Shown here piece by piece: positions 23,626 through 35,324 of a stretch of 64,000 nucleotides of DNA. Numbering within the stretch: the first letter of the stretch is position 1; each line of letters opens with the position of its first letter. The notes beneath the pieces are model-generated. The model did no database searches and had not been told where the DNA came from. It saw only the letters and a list, made by a program, of their open reading frames with translations. Position numbers and translations under genes: made by a program. Location of the stretch: the NCBI GenBank assembly GCA_050273025.1, contig CP158635.1, forward strand, positions 27,652,001 to 27,716,000. Direction: 5' to 3'. This stretch comes from Cenococcum geophilum (taxonomy: Eukaryota).

Positions 23626-25936
23626 ATTACTGCCCTAAGCACCTATTAACCTATATACTTCTCCTTTATACTTTCTTACATTCTTTCCTTTTTATAAATG
23701 TCGCCAGTGTCTATATAAGTAGAGGTTATAAATTGTATTACGCGTAGAGTGTATGCAGCAGGGGCTATATACGTAGCGTAGGCCACCTAACCACCTACGG
23801 CCCGATAAATAGCCCGACCTTTACTACCCCTTTCTTTCTCTTTTAGTAGATGAAGAAAGACACAAATAAATCAAGAAACAGTTACCTTATATTACAATTA
23901 TAGTACCCCCCTAGGTGATACTAATAATATCTATCTCCTAGTCTAACTACTATTTATATCGCAGATTCTCTAATCTGTAAAGAAGCCTCTTGCCTCTTAC
24001 TTATAGGTGTCCTAATTCGCGCTCCAAATTCTTAATCCCTTAGATTCTTTAATCCCAAGCTTACTTCTAACTTAAGTTTAGCTCCCGCCTTAGTCTAACT
24101 AGGCGTCCGTAGTATTCTTATCTTATTTTAAAAGTCTTAAATCTTACTTATCTCGTTTTAAGAATCTTATGCTGTTAGGAATTCTTATCCTAAGCTTATT
24201 CGTATGTCTTTAAACTAAGCTACTACCCTACTCCATCGGTTTTCGTCTGTTGTGGGTCCTTAGGTATGCCTTATCTTATCTTAAGAATCTTAAGCCTTTA
24301 GCCTTTTGCCTTTATTAAGTAGTAAGCTAGCACTAGCAGTTGTCTGCTTACTTAATTGCTTTTAGATATTACTCCTTTTATCTTATAAAGTAATGGATGC
24401 CGTATGTAATGGTGTTATAATACCCGTTACTAAACCTTACTCTATAGCGGTCTTAGTTTCTACTTCTATTATATCGTCGAGGTTTAGATACCCCTAGTTA
24501 GTTCCTTTTTTATCCTTAGTGCTGTTAATTAGTAAGTACTCTAACTCCATTATTATTGTTGCTAATCTTTATCCGTATATTACTATAATATCTTAATCTA
24601 GCCTATAGAGTCGATCTTATTCTTTATCTAACTCTTTAGTTCCTCTAAGTCCTCTTAACTCTAGCTCTTATAGCCAATAGCTTGCGCTATACTTAGCGTC
24701 TTTATAAATTTGGTATACGTTATTATAACAAAACGCGAAACTTCCAATTAAACACTCTTTTGTTCCTTACAGTATACTATTATTCCTCTATACGTATATA
24801 TCGTCTACTATTAGTCTAGTTCTCTTTATTATATAGTAACTCTAACTATCTTTATAATCCTTTGCGAAATAATCTTATTTCCCGCAATTTATACAAGCTC
24901 CGTTTTTAAACTATTAACTTTGCTATAGAGTCTACCTAAACATCTTCTGCTGCTAAGATCCCTAGTTTAGCCTATGTTCCTTAGTCCTATAATTACTAGA
25001 TCCTTAACCTCTAGGTTTCTATAGTTTCTTACTCTATCTCTTATAGGCTTCTTTAGTACCACTTAGGTCTATTAGCTCTGCGCTATACTATAGTTTCTAA
25101 CTTAGCTTTAGTCGTTATGTACTCTACGTCTTATATAACTATAGAACTCTATCCTAACCTCTCTTAGTCTGCTCCCTTTAGTAAATCCTATTATTAATCT
25201 TTATTACTTAATCTATTAATTCCCTTAGGGTGTCCACATCTTCCATTAGAATAATTACGTCCTAGACTTTAGCCTTAAGTCCCTATTTATACTGTGCCAT
25301 AAGCGCCTTATTATTCCACTTTACTTATATTACTAATATTTAAAACTGCGTTATATACTTAATTGCTAAGGTTTACTACATAATATCTTAGAGTTTTCTT
25401 TCTGCTATGGTCACTACCTCCAGGTCTCCAAACATTTGCGTAAGTCGCTCCTTAAACCCTTCCTAACTTAAGAATATAAACCACACGTCCTAATTAGTAG
25501 TTATTATTCTATTAGCTTATATTTCTATAAGGTAAGGCTTAAACTATTTAAGTGCTCTTTCTAATAGGAATAACCCTATATAGGCTATTCGATCCATAGG
25601 TATTACTAGCTTTACTCCCTCTTACGCAATCTTAAAGTACATTTGCATAAGGAATCCTTTAAGCTTTAATCTTTCTCCTAAGAATCTCTCAATTAATGGT
25701 AACTTAACCTTTGCTGCGCCTATCCCGTTAATCCTTTATTTAAGTGTCGCATTGTTTTCTATTAACTGGTCGACTATCTCTTATAGTTGTCTAACCGTTA
25801 TAGGCTGCTGTAAGTTAGTATCTGCTATACTGGTATCACCTAACCTTAAAGTAGTTGCCGCCGTTAATGGCGTTGTGGTGGCTGCTTTTGGTAGTATATT
25901 GTTTAACTTATTAAAACTATAACTAGGTAGTAATTA

Positions 25937-26358
25937 TGTCACGGAACCTTGTAGTAGATACTACGGTAGGTCCTATTATTGGGCTAGGTGTATAGGTATT
26001 ACAAGTAAGTTAACAACGTAATAATAACTAGTGGAGTGGTTGCCTAACAGATTAACTTTAATTATATTCTAAGAATCACTATAAAGAAGGAACTATCTAG
26101 GTAGGGACTAAGGGTCCTTAAATACATAACCGTACTCCTATAAAATCCTCCTTATACATAATATACGTGTGCTCTGTCTACTCTGTCACAGATTATATAG
26201 ATCCTATAGATTATACAGATCACATTATGTGACCTTGGTACCATTCCTCGTTATATAGCTCTACCGGATCCATCCTGGACTATGCTCTTATTAACTAACT
26301 AGCTTCTTCCAACTCCTCTCCTAGTAGTCGTAATATTGTACTTAAAGCGTCCGTAACA
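25937..26358 (-). repeat. 5' LTR of Gypsy A
   Basis: TGTCACGG...CCGTAACA, direct repeat of 1862-2284. Confidence 0.95.
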
Positions 26359-27042
26359 ATCGCGCCTTATTTATTAAAGGACGTTTATAATATAGATAAG
26401 ACCGGGCTATTTTGGAAGGCTATACTAGATACTATATTAGCTACTAAGCCTTAATTAGAAACAAAGAAGTAAAAGGTACGGATTACCCTAGGCTATTACT
26501 CTAATATAGATGGCTTAGATAAGCTTCCTCTCCTTATAATTGGCTTATTATAACGGCCACGTTACTTTACAGCCAATTATATTAATATAGCCTTATTAAA
26601 TATTACGTAGAGGTTTAATAAAAAGGCCTAGATAATAACGGTGATTATACTTAAGTAGCTTACCTAGTTTAATAAAAGGATATACCATAGGAAGATACTC
26701 CTTTTAATTAACGGCTTTAGCGCCTATAAAGCAGCTATTTAAACACTAATTAAGAATAGCTCTCTTAAGAATACGCGCGTGGAGTTCCTTCCTCCTAATT
26801 ACACCTTAGTATACCAGCCTTTTAATTAAGGGATAATTATAAACTTTAAGCTGCTCTACAGGCGATACTAGCTGTAATTTATAGTGAAGCGTTTACTTTA
26901 AGGTAAGGATCTAATTAAGCAGATTTACGTCCTATAGGCAGTTCGATGGTTAATTTACACTATAAATAATTAAGAATTGCTTTATTAAGTCTATATTATT
27001 TGGCTCTTATATAGGCCTACGGCCTTGCCCTTAAGACTATAT

Positions 27043-27414
27043 CCCTTGCACCGATAATAACGTCCTATAAAATGTGGCCCGTGCGCACCAATCATATATG
27101 GGCGGTAAGTCGTTCTGCCGCATTACCAGGACTGCGAAAACACGCGAGATGCCCGTACCTACCCCAAATTTGTATACGCACGCATGAATGCACCTATTAC
27201 CACTATATCTCGCCTATATACTCCTTAAAATAACGACTAAATTAATTACTATAAGCCGCATAAGTGCATTTATGCGTGCGCATACAAATTTAGGTAGGGA
27301 GAGGTGGGTGCAGGCATCTCGCCAACTTTTTTGTCCACAGCGTGCGCAAGAAAGTTTTGATGTTCTTGACTGCGTGCACGGGCCACATTTTATAGGACGC
27401 CATCGGTGCAAGGG
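27043..27414. mobile_element. MITE with CCCTT termini and bipartite TIRs (piggyBac-like), inserted in the pogo transposase
   Basis: Left end CCCTTGCACCGAT-aataa-CGTCCTATAAAATGTGGCCCGTGC; right end (reverse complement) CCCTTGCACCGAT-gg-CGTCCTATAAAATGTGGCCCGTGC. Confidence 0.85.
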
Positions 27415-28680
27415 ATAGATCCTCCCGTTATTACTAAAATGGAGCAAATAGCGAAATAACTAAAGGCCGCAGAAAGAATTCGCGATATAATAAATATTTA
27501 GGATTTTATTAAGCTACTAGGTAAGGAAGTGGAGGATTTATTAGAGGATCTTATTAAGCACGTAGCAGAGCTATATGCAGGGCCTGATCGCGATATGGAA
27601 ACAAATAAAGAAGTTATTAAGCAGCCTTAAATTAAGCTTAGTAAGGCGCTCGTAGCTTTATAAAAGCTTCGTCTCTATAAGGAGTAGTAAAGCGATTCTA
27701 ATAGAGACGTAATTACAACTCTATTAAGGCATAAGCGTTGGCTTTAAGGCCGACGACCTTAAAACACCAAATAGTAATTAATTGCGATATATTTTAGTAT
27801 AGCCGATCGCTTAATTACAACTTTATAAGCGTAGATACATAATATTATTACCTAATTTTGAATTTGGGTGCATTTTATATACAAGTATGTAATACAACGA
27901 TACCCTTGGTATTACGATACGCTCGGCCGAACCAACCGTATCGTACTAAAGAGATTTGACTGTATTCCGTTATATCACCTTTCCGCTCTATTCGTGAAGT
28001 GTTCGGCGAGGTAGCTAGCTAGCCGCGGGCGTTTCCGTATGCGAAAGCGAGGGGGAACGGGCGATGGCGTAATTGCATGTGTGGGTGGTCGCGTGTGTTG
28101 GGGGGAAGGATACTAAAGGCCAGCATTGACTGCAGTCGGACAATTTTAGAACAGGGCAAGATGATAGGTTCGGGATAACGCGCCATTTGGCTAGATGGAG
28201 AATGGGTTTCTGGGAGCGAATGGACAAGGGGAGGCGCATGCGTTGGGAGGGCATTTCCGGTCAGCGGTGCCAAATGGGTAAGCCGGTGATGGGATGCGCA
28301 GAATAGAAATAGCTAAGATGGACACTCGCAGGACGGGAAGCTCACAGGACTAAACTTGCAGGACCGGAAGGACGAGGGCCGGGATGAGTGGGATGCGGAG
28401 GGGGGCGACGGTGCATTAGTAGCCAGCATGTTTTCTCGGTCGGCACAGGGCAATTTAGCGTATGGTATGTGGACACCCGGGTTCCATCACGGCAGCTAAG
28501 CTGCGACGGCCGCTTGGCAGCGGAAGCGAGGGACGGGGCGCGACGGAAGATTTGAGAAGCAGAACATGCGTTGTAACGCGGCATCTGAGCGATGTGGATG
28601 CAAGGCCCGCGCCGCAGATCTTAGGACCGGGTGATATACACAGGGCGGAACGTCGAATCTTGTCCAACAGTGTAGAATAG

Positions 28681-28726
28681 GCACCAGCACTAGCACCAGC
28701 ATCAGCATCAGCATCAGCATCAGCAG
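28681..28726. repeat. Hexanucleotide microsatellite (CAGCAY)n
   Basis: GCACCAGCACTAGCACCAGCATCAGCATCAGCATCAGCATCAGCAG. Confidence 0.8.
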
Positions 28727-29844
28727 AACTGCGATCGCTGGGGAGAGAGCGGATGGAACCAAGATGAACGTGCGTTGGCAAAATGAACCGGCACGTTCAT
28801 GCAGGCTGGCGGGTCCGGTTTTAGGGAGAATGTTGGTGCATACAGGACAGGGATCTGGAGCCACGGGAGGCGAGTTGCTGGGTACTCTGCTATCGGGATG
28901 GAAGCGTGTGTATATCCGTGCTGAGAAATATAGTTCACTATATTATTCCGCATATATCGTCCGAAACGGGACCGACAGGAGAACGTTATAGGAAGGTAGT
29001 AGTTTTCGATTACGGAATATTTCCTTCGCTGCCCTCGCAGTTATGTAGTTCGTTGTCATGTGGTCAGAGAGAGGGGGTAGGGAGGGAAAGGGAGAGAGAG
29101 AGCGTATGGGTGATTTCCTATATTTTAAGGCTTTTTTTGGGGGGTTCAAGGTCAATATCGGAGATTGGAGATATTTGATGCTCGAACGAGAATTACCAAG
29201 ACTGTCCACTAACGAGAAAAGGCATCCTCCAAATGGCATCCTCCACATATTGCAAGAAATTAAAAAAAAATAGAAGAAAAAATAAAGTTCCAGCCAGCGC
29301 TGGTAAATTTGTTGGGGAGAATTGAAATCACAAAATAATGCTAGTTTGAAACAGCCACGCCGGGGGTTAAAAATGCCGCAGGGAAAAAAACCGACGAAGA
29401 ACTAAGAAAAAAAGCTGCGCCGAGACATGCAGATCATAAAACACCTTGTAATGGCAGTCCAGAAGAAGGTTAGTGCGAGGAAAACAGGACCCGAGCACGT
29501 GGTAAGACCAGGGGCTTTATTGTTATTCATTGGAGACGATGAGTTGTTTGTGGGGGAAAATGCGGGTGGTTGGGTGTTGGTACATATGAATTCATGCCCG
29601 ACGTGGTCGTATCCTGTAAAGCGCCATGCTGCACTGAGAAGGCCACACATATACCGAGGTGAAAGGGAAAGCACGCCAAAGGGAAAGCGGTGAGGCCGAT
29701 CTGTGTGAAGATGGCAGACATTCGGACATAGCCTAAAATCTGCCCGCATGCTTGGACGTGTACGTGACTCGGAAGAATGGCTGGATCTGCGGGGTGCTGG
29801 AGCTGTGGCAGTTGTCCTCGTGCCGTGGAAGCGGGCAAAATATC

Positions 29845-31462
29845 CTACTTGTGGCCGTGCTCGGTGCACCTTCTGACAACCCACTTCTCCCAGAGTTTGC
29901 GTTGCGAGTAGCTAACGGCTACACCGTCATCGCCCAGGTCTTCTGCGCTGTCTGGATAACCGGTCCGGCCGTTGCAATTGCACCACGGTGCGGAAGCAGG
30001 CGTGTCAGGTGAGAGTGGGAAATCCATCCCTCCTCCTTGCTCTGGTCCATCATCTGTGCCTGCATCCGAGCCTGTATCTGGGGAATCCGTGCTGTCGAAA
30101 TCGGAGTGGTCGGGGGAGTCGTCGATAGGCGCATCCGCATGCGGATCCCAATCGCTCTCCTCGTCGCTGTCGCTGGCACCGCCAGGCGGGTCGTCCGGAA
30201 CTTCTGCTCCGATGGTCCATTGTTCGTCAAAGTGTTGGGCGTAATCTATTCGCCGTAAACTCACCCAATCCAGCCTCGTCATGTCGTCTCTCAGAAAAGC
30301 CAGGACATCCTTCCATCTACTTCCGTCTTTCAGGAGAACGTCTCTTAACCGTAACCCCCGCAGTTTTTCGCGGTGTCGCCGTGCGAGGGCGATGATTTCA
30401 TCCGCGTCTAACCTCCAGGCTTGGATGCCAAACGCGAGAAGTTTTTCCCATTTGACGTTGTGAAAAATCTCTTCTAATTTAAGACCTAATGGCCTGTGCG
30501 AAGGAAAGCCAATGTGCACGGCCTGCATGTTCTTTGCCGCGTTGAAAACAACCTTGGACAGCGAAGATAGCTCTTTCATCCGGTTATCCAGGTCTGTTCC
30601 ATCGTCAAAATGGAGCTCTAGACACGTGAGGCGCTCCGCAAGAATCGCAAAGGTATTCGGTGGGTCACGTGCCCAAACGACCACACTCTGTGGACTTAAC
30701 ATGGGCGAGGAGAAGCGCGTACACGGCGATCGTGAGGCGAGCAGCGCTGCGCCAATCGTCTTTGTGCTGTGAGAACACGCTGGGGGCCATTTTAATTCCA
30801 CGAGCTGGTTGAGTTCGTCATGCTGACGAATGTAGGCCAGCAAAAGTCCATCTTCTTGGTCCTGCACACGTAGAATCTGGACGTGTTGGAGAGAGGTGAA
30901 TGCCGAGATGGCCTTGTTCAGCACTCGGGCATCTTCTTCCGACTGCACAATCTCCCGTTGCTCGGTGACTTTGCGCACAAAGTGCCTGACGTCCAAAAAG
31001 CCGAGACTGTCTGGCAGATTCGGCAGCAGCTCTCGCACCCGCTCTCTTCCTGAGACTCGGTTAGTAAAGATTCTTAGTCAAAAGATGGGGGGGGGGTTGG
31101 AGAGAAAAACCCTCGACGTAGAAATAGGGCACCATGTAGCTGAATTTTTTGACATGTTTAGCAAGATGGTCCTGGCCAGCAATGTTCTCCAATCGCTTCA
31201 AACCCTTTCGTGAAAATCTGGTGGTGACGCGGGCGAACTGATGGACAGCCCCTAACTCGGAGAATCTTTTGCAGGTGAGTCTGAAGTTGCTGATGTTCTG
31301 AGCCTGGTCTCGCGCAGGCGGCGGAGGCGGTTTGAAGCTCTCCTGGGACAGGTAGGCGCGGCGGTCGAGACTGACCAGCTTCTCAGGGTCTGCTTCGATA
31401 TGGTCAAGGATCTCGCGCAACAATTCGTTGGATAACTTGAGAATGCCGGGAACGGAGTCCAT
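29845..31462 (-). CDS. F-box-like fungal protein, 2 exons (31462-31111, 31049-29845), ~518 aa
   Basis: N-terminal ILKLSNELLREILDHI...NFRLTCKRF resembles an F-box. The 61-bp GT..TACTAAC..CAG intron 31110-31050 joins the two ORFs in frame. Leucine-rich middle and acidic tail. Confidence 0.75.
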
Positions 31463-33229
31463 GGCGACAGACGCGGGGTAAGGAAATCATCTACCGGATA
31501 AACGACTGAAGGCAGAGGTTGGAACACGACAGGGCACGTGTGCGGGCGTCGGGGTTCGCCAGCATCAGTTGGTGGAGCGGGTGATGCTAATGGGCGATAT
31601 GGGAGATAGGGCAGAGCTGGACTGACCGTGGTGTTGAGAATCAGCAGGAGAGTCGTGCGTGGAATTGAGGTCACGGCAATCGCGGCGGTACATAATAAAA
31701 GCAAGGCGCTGGCTGCAACATGACAGCAGCAGAGTAGCAAGGTGCAGCGGTGTCAGCCGAGCGCTATCGTGGATGAAGTTCGAGTGGGCAGGTCGGAGAG
31801 AAATCGCATGCACGCCAGCTGTTGGGTGGAGTCGTGGCGGGCCAATGAGGCCAATGGCAGCAGGAAGAGCAGGAAAAGCTAGGTCACATGACCCAATGTA
31901 TCTGCGGAGTTTCGCGCGGGACGGCCAGTGATGCATGTCGTGTCCCGCAGGAATCGATTTCGATGGAGTGTTGTGCCATGCATGAGGAGGCCAAGGGGGA
32001 TTCGACCGTAGTCGCGGACGCCCGCCCTCAGCGACTGAACGACCGCCTGCCACCGCCTGCCACCGCCTGCCACTGCCTGCCACCCTGAACCCTTGCCCGC
32101 CGCTGATGCAGCGCTTCGCTGGCAACGCAGCCATAGCCTCCGCGGTCTTGGAGAATACCCTCTCAATTGGTGCTGACAAGCGCTTGAAGAACGCCGCACG
32201 AGAGCGCCCCGATGGCCGTAACGAGCGCGATGAGTGTGACGTGCGTCGCCAGCCGAGGGCGTGACCGGCTAGGGACTCTTTGGCTGTGCCTTCCGGCGCA
32301 CCGCCGTGAGGCTAGGGCTTGGAGCGAGGGAACCAGCTATATGGAGCTATATGGACACACAAGAAGCCCTGGCCGCGCCCTGCCGAGCCCTGGCGGCGTC
32401 CTGGGTCGGTCTGGAGGGCCTGGTAGGCTGGGGACACACCTCCCAACCTCCCCCGGAGGCACCACCAGGAGGCAAAACCCTTACAGTAGAGGCACATCCT
32501 AGAGGCACATCCTAGAGGCACACTCAAGAGGGCTGAAGAAACGCCCTGAAACGTGTAAATGCGATGTGGGAATGGGCAATGGCTCACGTCAAAGGCCCCA
32601 TCAAAAAGGGCCCATTCTCGCCAACGCCGAATCAATCCGCGTCCAATTGCCTCCACGGGCTACTCCATACCCCAAGCTGCATACAAAAATGTCCGCTTGC
32701 TGCTCAGCCCGGATGCTTTGCCTCCCTGCTCGACCTCGCCTCTTTTCTGCACTCTTGCACAGAGAAGGATTACAATCTGCAGTCATCCCTTCCTTCGGTC
32801 GACGTGCGCGACAACCTGCCCAACACACCAGTCCTGTCTTTGCCTTGTCTCTGACGCAATCCCCATCTCCACGCACATCGCCTCTGTTCGTACTGAGCCA
32901 ACGCCTGCTCCCTTACCGTCCTTACCGTTGTTGCACCGTGAATCCCCTACCCGTCTACGACCGCCATGTGTTCCTGTGTGGCTTGAACTATTGCTGTCGC
33001 CCAGGATTCGGCCTTTTCTCCGAGCGCAGTCGGCCCTCCACCACTGTTACACCAGCTCTCGGGAAGGTACCCGCTCGATGCACTTACCACTGTCGGCCTC
33101 TTTCATTTCGCATCACGATCGCTGCCTCCAATGCTTCGAATGCATCCAATGCAATGACTCGATACCTAGCCGCTCAAATCGTGCTGATCATACAGGCATT
33201 GGACGCATAAGACGCCCAATTGCGGCATA

Positions 33230-34567
33230 TTAAACGTGGCTTCTGCTTCTAAATCTCTCACTTTGCATTCGCCGGATTTCTGTGCTGCTCAGCTTGCTCT
33301 GGAACGTCTCGTCCACCTTGCCTTGCGTCACCGTGCCATCCTCCTCTTCAGCATCCAGAACGTCCACCTCGAATATATCCAGAGGCGCCCACTCTTTTTC
33401 CGCTCTCCTCGCATTGACTGCCTTGCCGCCAGACCGGGTCTCAGCAGAAATCACTAATGCGGTAATTGTCTCATCCGTAATAGTGGGGCCGAACGGGTCC
33501 CAGATCTCGACATACTTGAGAATGAGGCTGGACGGCAGTGTGACATAGACGGCATGACCATTCGGGCCAGGTTCTGTCTTCTCTTCCACTGCGATGCGGT
33601 TGTCATTGGTAGGCCCAAAGTTGAGAATTGACCTCAGAAAGCCGTCGACGGCTTGCTGCCGTTCATGCCAGCTCTCCAAGAATTCAGCAAACTTTTTATT
33701 CTTGAGCAGCTCGTCCCCGGTGATGCCTATGGTTAGACTTCTCTGAGCCCCTTCATCCACCGTAGATGCTGGCTCGAGAACAAAAGCAAACATTGTGAGT
33801 AGTAATTTGTGACCAATATGTAGATGATCGAAAGTGCCACCAAGCACAACCGAGAGGTGTCGTTTGAAGTGGGCTGGAGCATCTGTCGGTGGTGTTTGCT
33901 CGTCCTTGGCGGAAACTTGGACAATGCCCCCTCGGACTCTGTGCACCTCTCTGTCAGCCTTCCCTGCCAAGAGAAAATTCTTGAGTATCTGCTCGCCCTC
34001 TTCAGACTCGATGGCGTAGACTGTCTCCCATGACCTCTGACTGCAAGCTAAAGTCTGGATGTCGATAATAGGGCCTTGGGACTCGCTTCCAGGACGCGAT
34101 TCGAGAGACTGATCCAGTTGTCCGTTCCGAGGATAGGCTACTAGAAGAACGCGTGCATCGATCCCTTCCGAGTCTCCCACGTCAATTGACTCCTTTGCAG
34201 AGATGACACAGATTAACTTGTAGAGACCCGCCAACAAGCTCTGAGTGGTTGAATAGAGAGCGTTCCGCGGAACACTTTGTCGCCTATAGAGATGTTCGCA
34301 CGGAAGAGCAATATCTAGAATGGTAGTCCCCTGTGATCTGGTAGGAGAGCGAGCCAGTTCTCTGAGCACTGAGAACAGGGGTGAACCGTACGCTGCTTTC
34401 AGTGCGGCAAAGGTGGGCGGCGAGGGTGCGGGTGATAGCAGGAGAAGAGAGCGGCGGTAGTCCTTGTGCAACGGCGGCATTATCGTGAGTGCGGTGAATG
34501 CCCTTGTGGGAAAGGGCGAGTAGAGGCGTGTCAAACGACGGAGAGAGTGTGGTCTGTTGGCGCTCAT
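33230..34567 (-). CDS. CAB4: Pantetheine-phosphate adenylyltransferase (CoA biosynthesis, cytidylyltransferase family); start may be ATG 34480
   Basis: Intronless ORF with GGTFDHLHIGHKLLL (HIGH motif), DPFGPTIT, ISAETRSGG and KLSSTEIR. Confidence 0.88.
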   Translation of the reverse strand: MSANRPHSLRRLTRLYSPFPTRAFTALTIMPPLHKDYRRSLLLLSPAPSPPTFAALKAAYGSPLFSVLRELARSPTRSQGTTILDIALPCEHLYRRQSVPRNALYSTTQSLLAGLYKLICVISAKESIDVGDSEGIDARVLLVAYPRNGQLDQSLESRPGSESQGPIIDIQTLACSQRSWETVYAIESEEGEQILKNFLLAGKADREVHRVRGGIVQVSAKDEQTPPTDAPAHFKRHLSVVLGGTFDHLHIGHKLLLTMFAFVLEPASTVDEGAQRSLTIGITGDELLKNKKFAEFLESWHERQQAVDGFLRSILNFGPTNDNRIAVEEKTEPGPNGHAVYVTLPSSLILKYVEIWDPFGPTITDETITALVISAETRSGGKAVNARRAEKEWAPLDIFEVDVLDAEEEDGTVTQGKVDETFQSKLSSTEIRRMQSERFRSRSHV

Positions 34568-34825
34568 CTGTTGGCGTTCATCTGCTGGCGTTCGTCTACT
34601 GCCCGGCTCAGAGTGTTGGCGGACCTCCAGCAGGCCCCGCCTAAAAGGCTCAGGGCGCTGAGGATCAAGGACTGCGGGGGGCAGGGCGGCCGTTGGAAAT
34701 GTTTGGCTTTGTCATCCACCATTCGAATTGCTCGTCAGCCCGGGTCAAACAAAACACCACAAGAACCTCTTGTTTGCCGTATCTGTGCCTTGGTAGTCCC
34801 AGGCCGGACTGCGAACGACGGCATC

Positions 34826-35266
34826 ATGCCGTTCCACTCTCACCACCACCAGAACGCGCAGCCAAACTCCCCTGCTGCCGGCCTCTACCAAGCTGCGCAG
34901 GCGCTGGGCTCCATTGGCGCGCCCACAGGCAGCTTGCGAACAGCAACTTCTGGAACAACGACAGCCGGCACCGACGCTCTCTTACCTGGCAGCGGGAATG
35001 CTCCTGGCCTTCATGGTGGAGGACAAACGGCCCCGCCATCGATACCCGGACTGCCTGGCCCAGGGGCTTCTTCAGCCGTAAACAACTCACGAAGTTCTCA
35101 GACCTTTGAAACACCGAGACGCTCGCAGACGCTGGGGAGGACGCCCGAGGAGCTGCATATATCTTCTACCAACACAATGGGCCAACATGGCTCCTCGCAA
35201 GCGCCCCAGCAGCACCAGCAACCGCCGCCGTCGCAGCAGCACCAGCACCAGCAACCGCAGCAACCG

Positions 35267-35324
<58 letters not shown>

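Larger units (their letters stand above)
14126..23926 (+). mobile_element. Ty1/Copia (GalEa-like) LTR element C, gag-only with no pol, nested in Gypsy A
   Basis: 219-bp LTRs 14126-14344 and 23708-23926; TSD ATATC (14121-14125, 23927-23931). CTAATTAGT directly follows the 5' LTR. A gag relic at ~21.83-23.4 kb carries CFICKKGDy*LTRy, homologous to the gag knuckle of Copia D. No protease/integrase/RT visible; own length ~2.8 kb. Confidence 0.85.
1862..26358 (-). mobile_element. Ty3/Gypsy chromovirus LTR retrotransposon A, RIP-inactivated, interrupted by two further LTR elements
   Basis: LTRs 1862-2284 and 25937-26358; TSD ATCGC (1857-1861, 26359-26363); PPT as reverse complement CCATCTCCCTCCTC at 2285. 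Minus-strand relics: gag ~24.9-25.9 kb, protease ~6.0-6.3 kb, RT (VYLnDIIIY ~5300-5325), RNaseH, integrase, chromodomain (YKVK*ISYTKTT*EPLENL ~3070-3130). Own length ~8.0 kb. Confidence 0.92.
1053..27962 (+). mobile_element. pogo/Tigger (CENP-B-like, DDE_1) DNA transposon, RIP-inactivated; outermost element of a 27-kb nest
   Basis: TIRs CAGTCAAATCTCTTTA(T/G)TACGATA at 1053 and its reverse complement ending at 27962, each flanked by TA. Transposase relics at ~1335-1861 and 26364-27800 (DVYNiDkTGLFWK, FLPPNYTLVYQP). Own sequence is ~2.0 kb once inserts are removed. Confidence 0.9.

Noticed and set aside
1053..27962. 27-kb block as a Starship or other giant cargo-carrying element
   Set aside because: No tyrosine-recombinase captain or host-like cargo genes; all of it is explained by nested conventional TEs.
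27965..29840. Many short overlapping ORFs
   Set aside because: No recognisable motifs or consistent exon structure; treated as intergenic or UTR, though a non-coding transcript cannot be excluded.
31470..33225. 100-220 aa ORFs and short 10-13-bp tandem repeats (32043-32085, 32487-32522)
   Set aside because: GC-rich promoter/UTR sequence gives chance ORFs on both strands with no domain signal; the repeats are minor slippage products.
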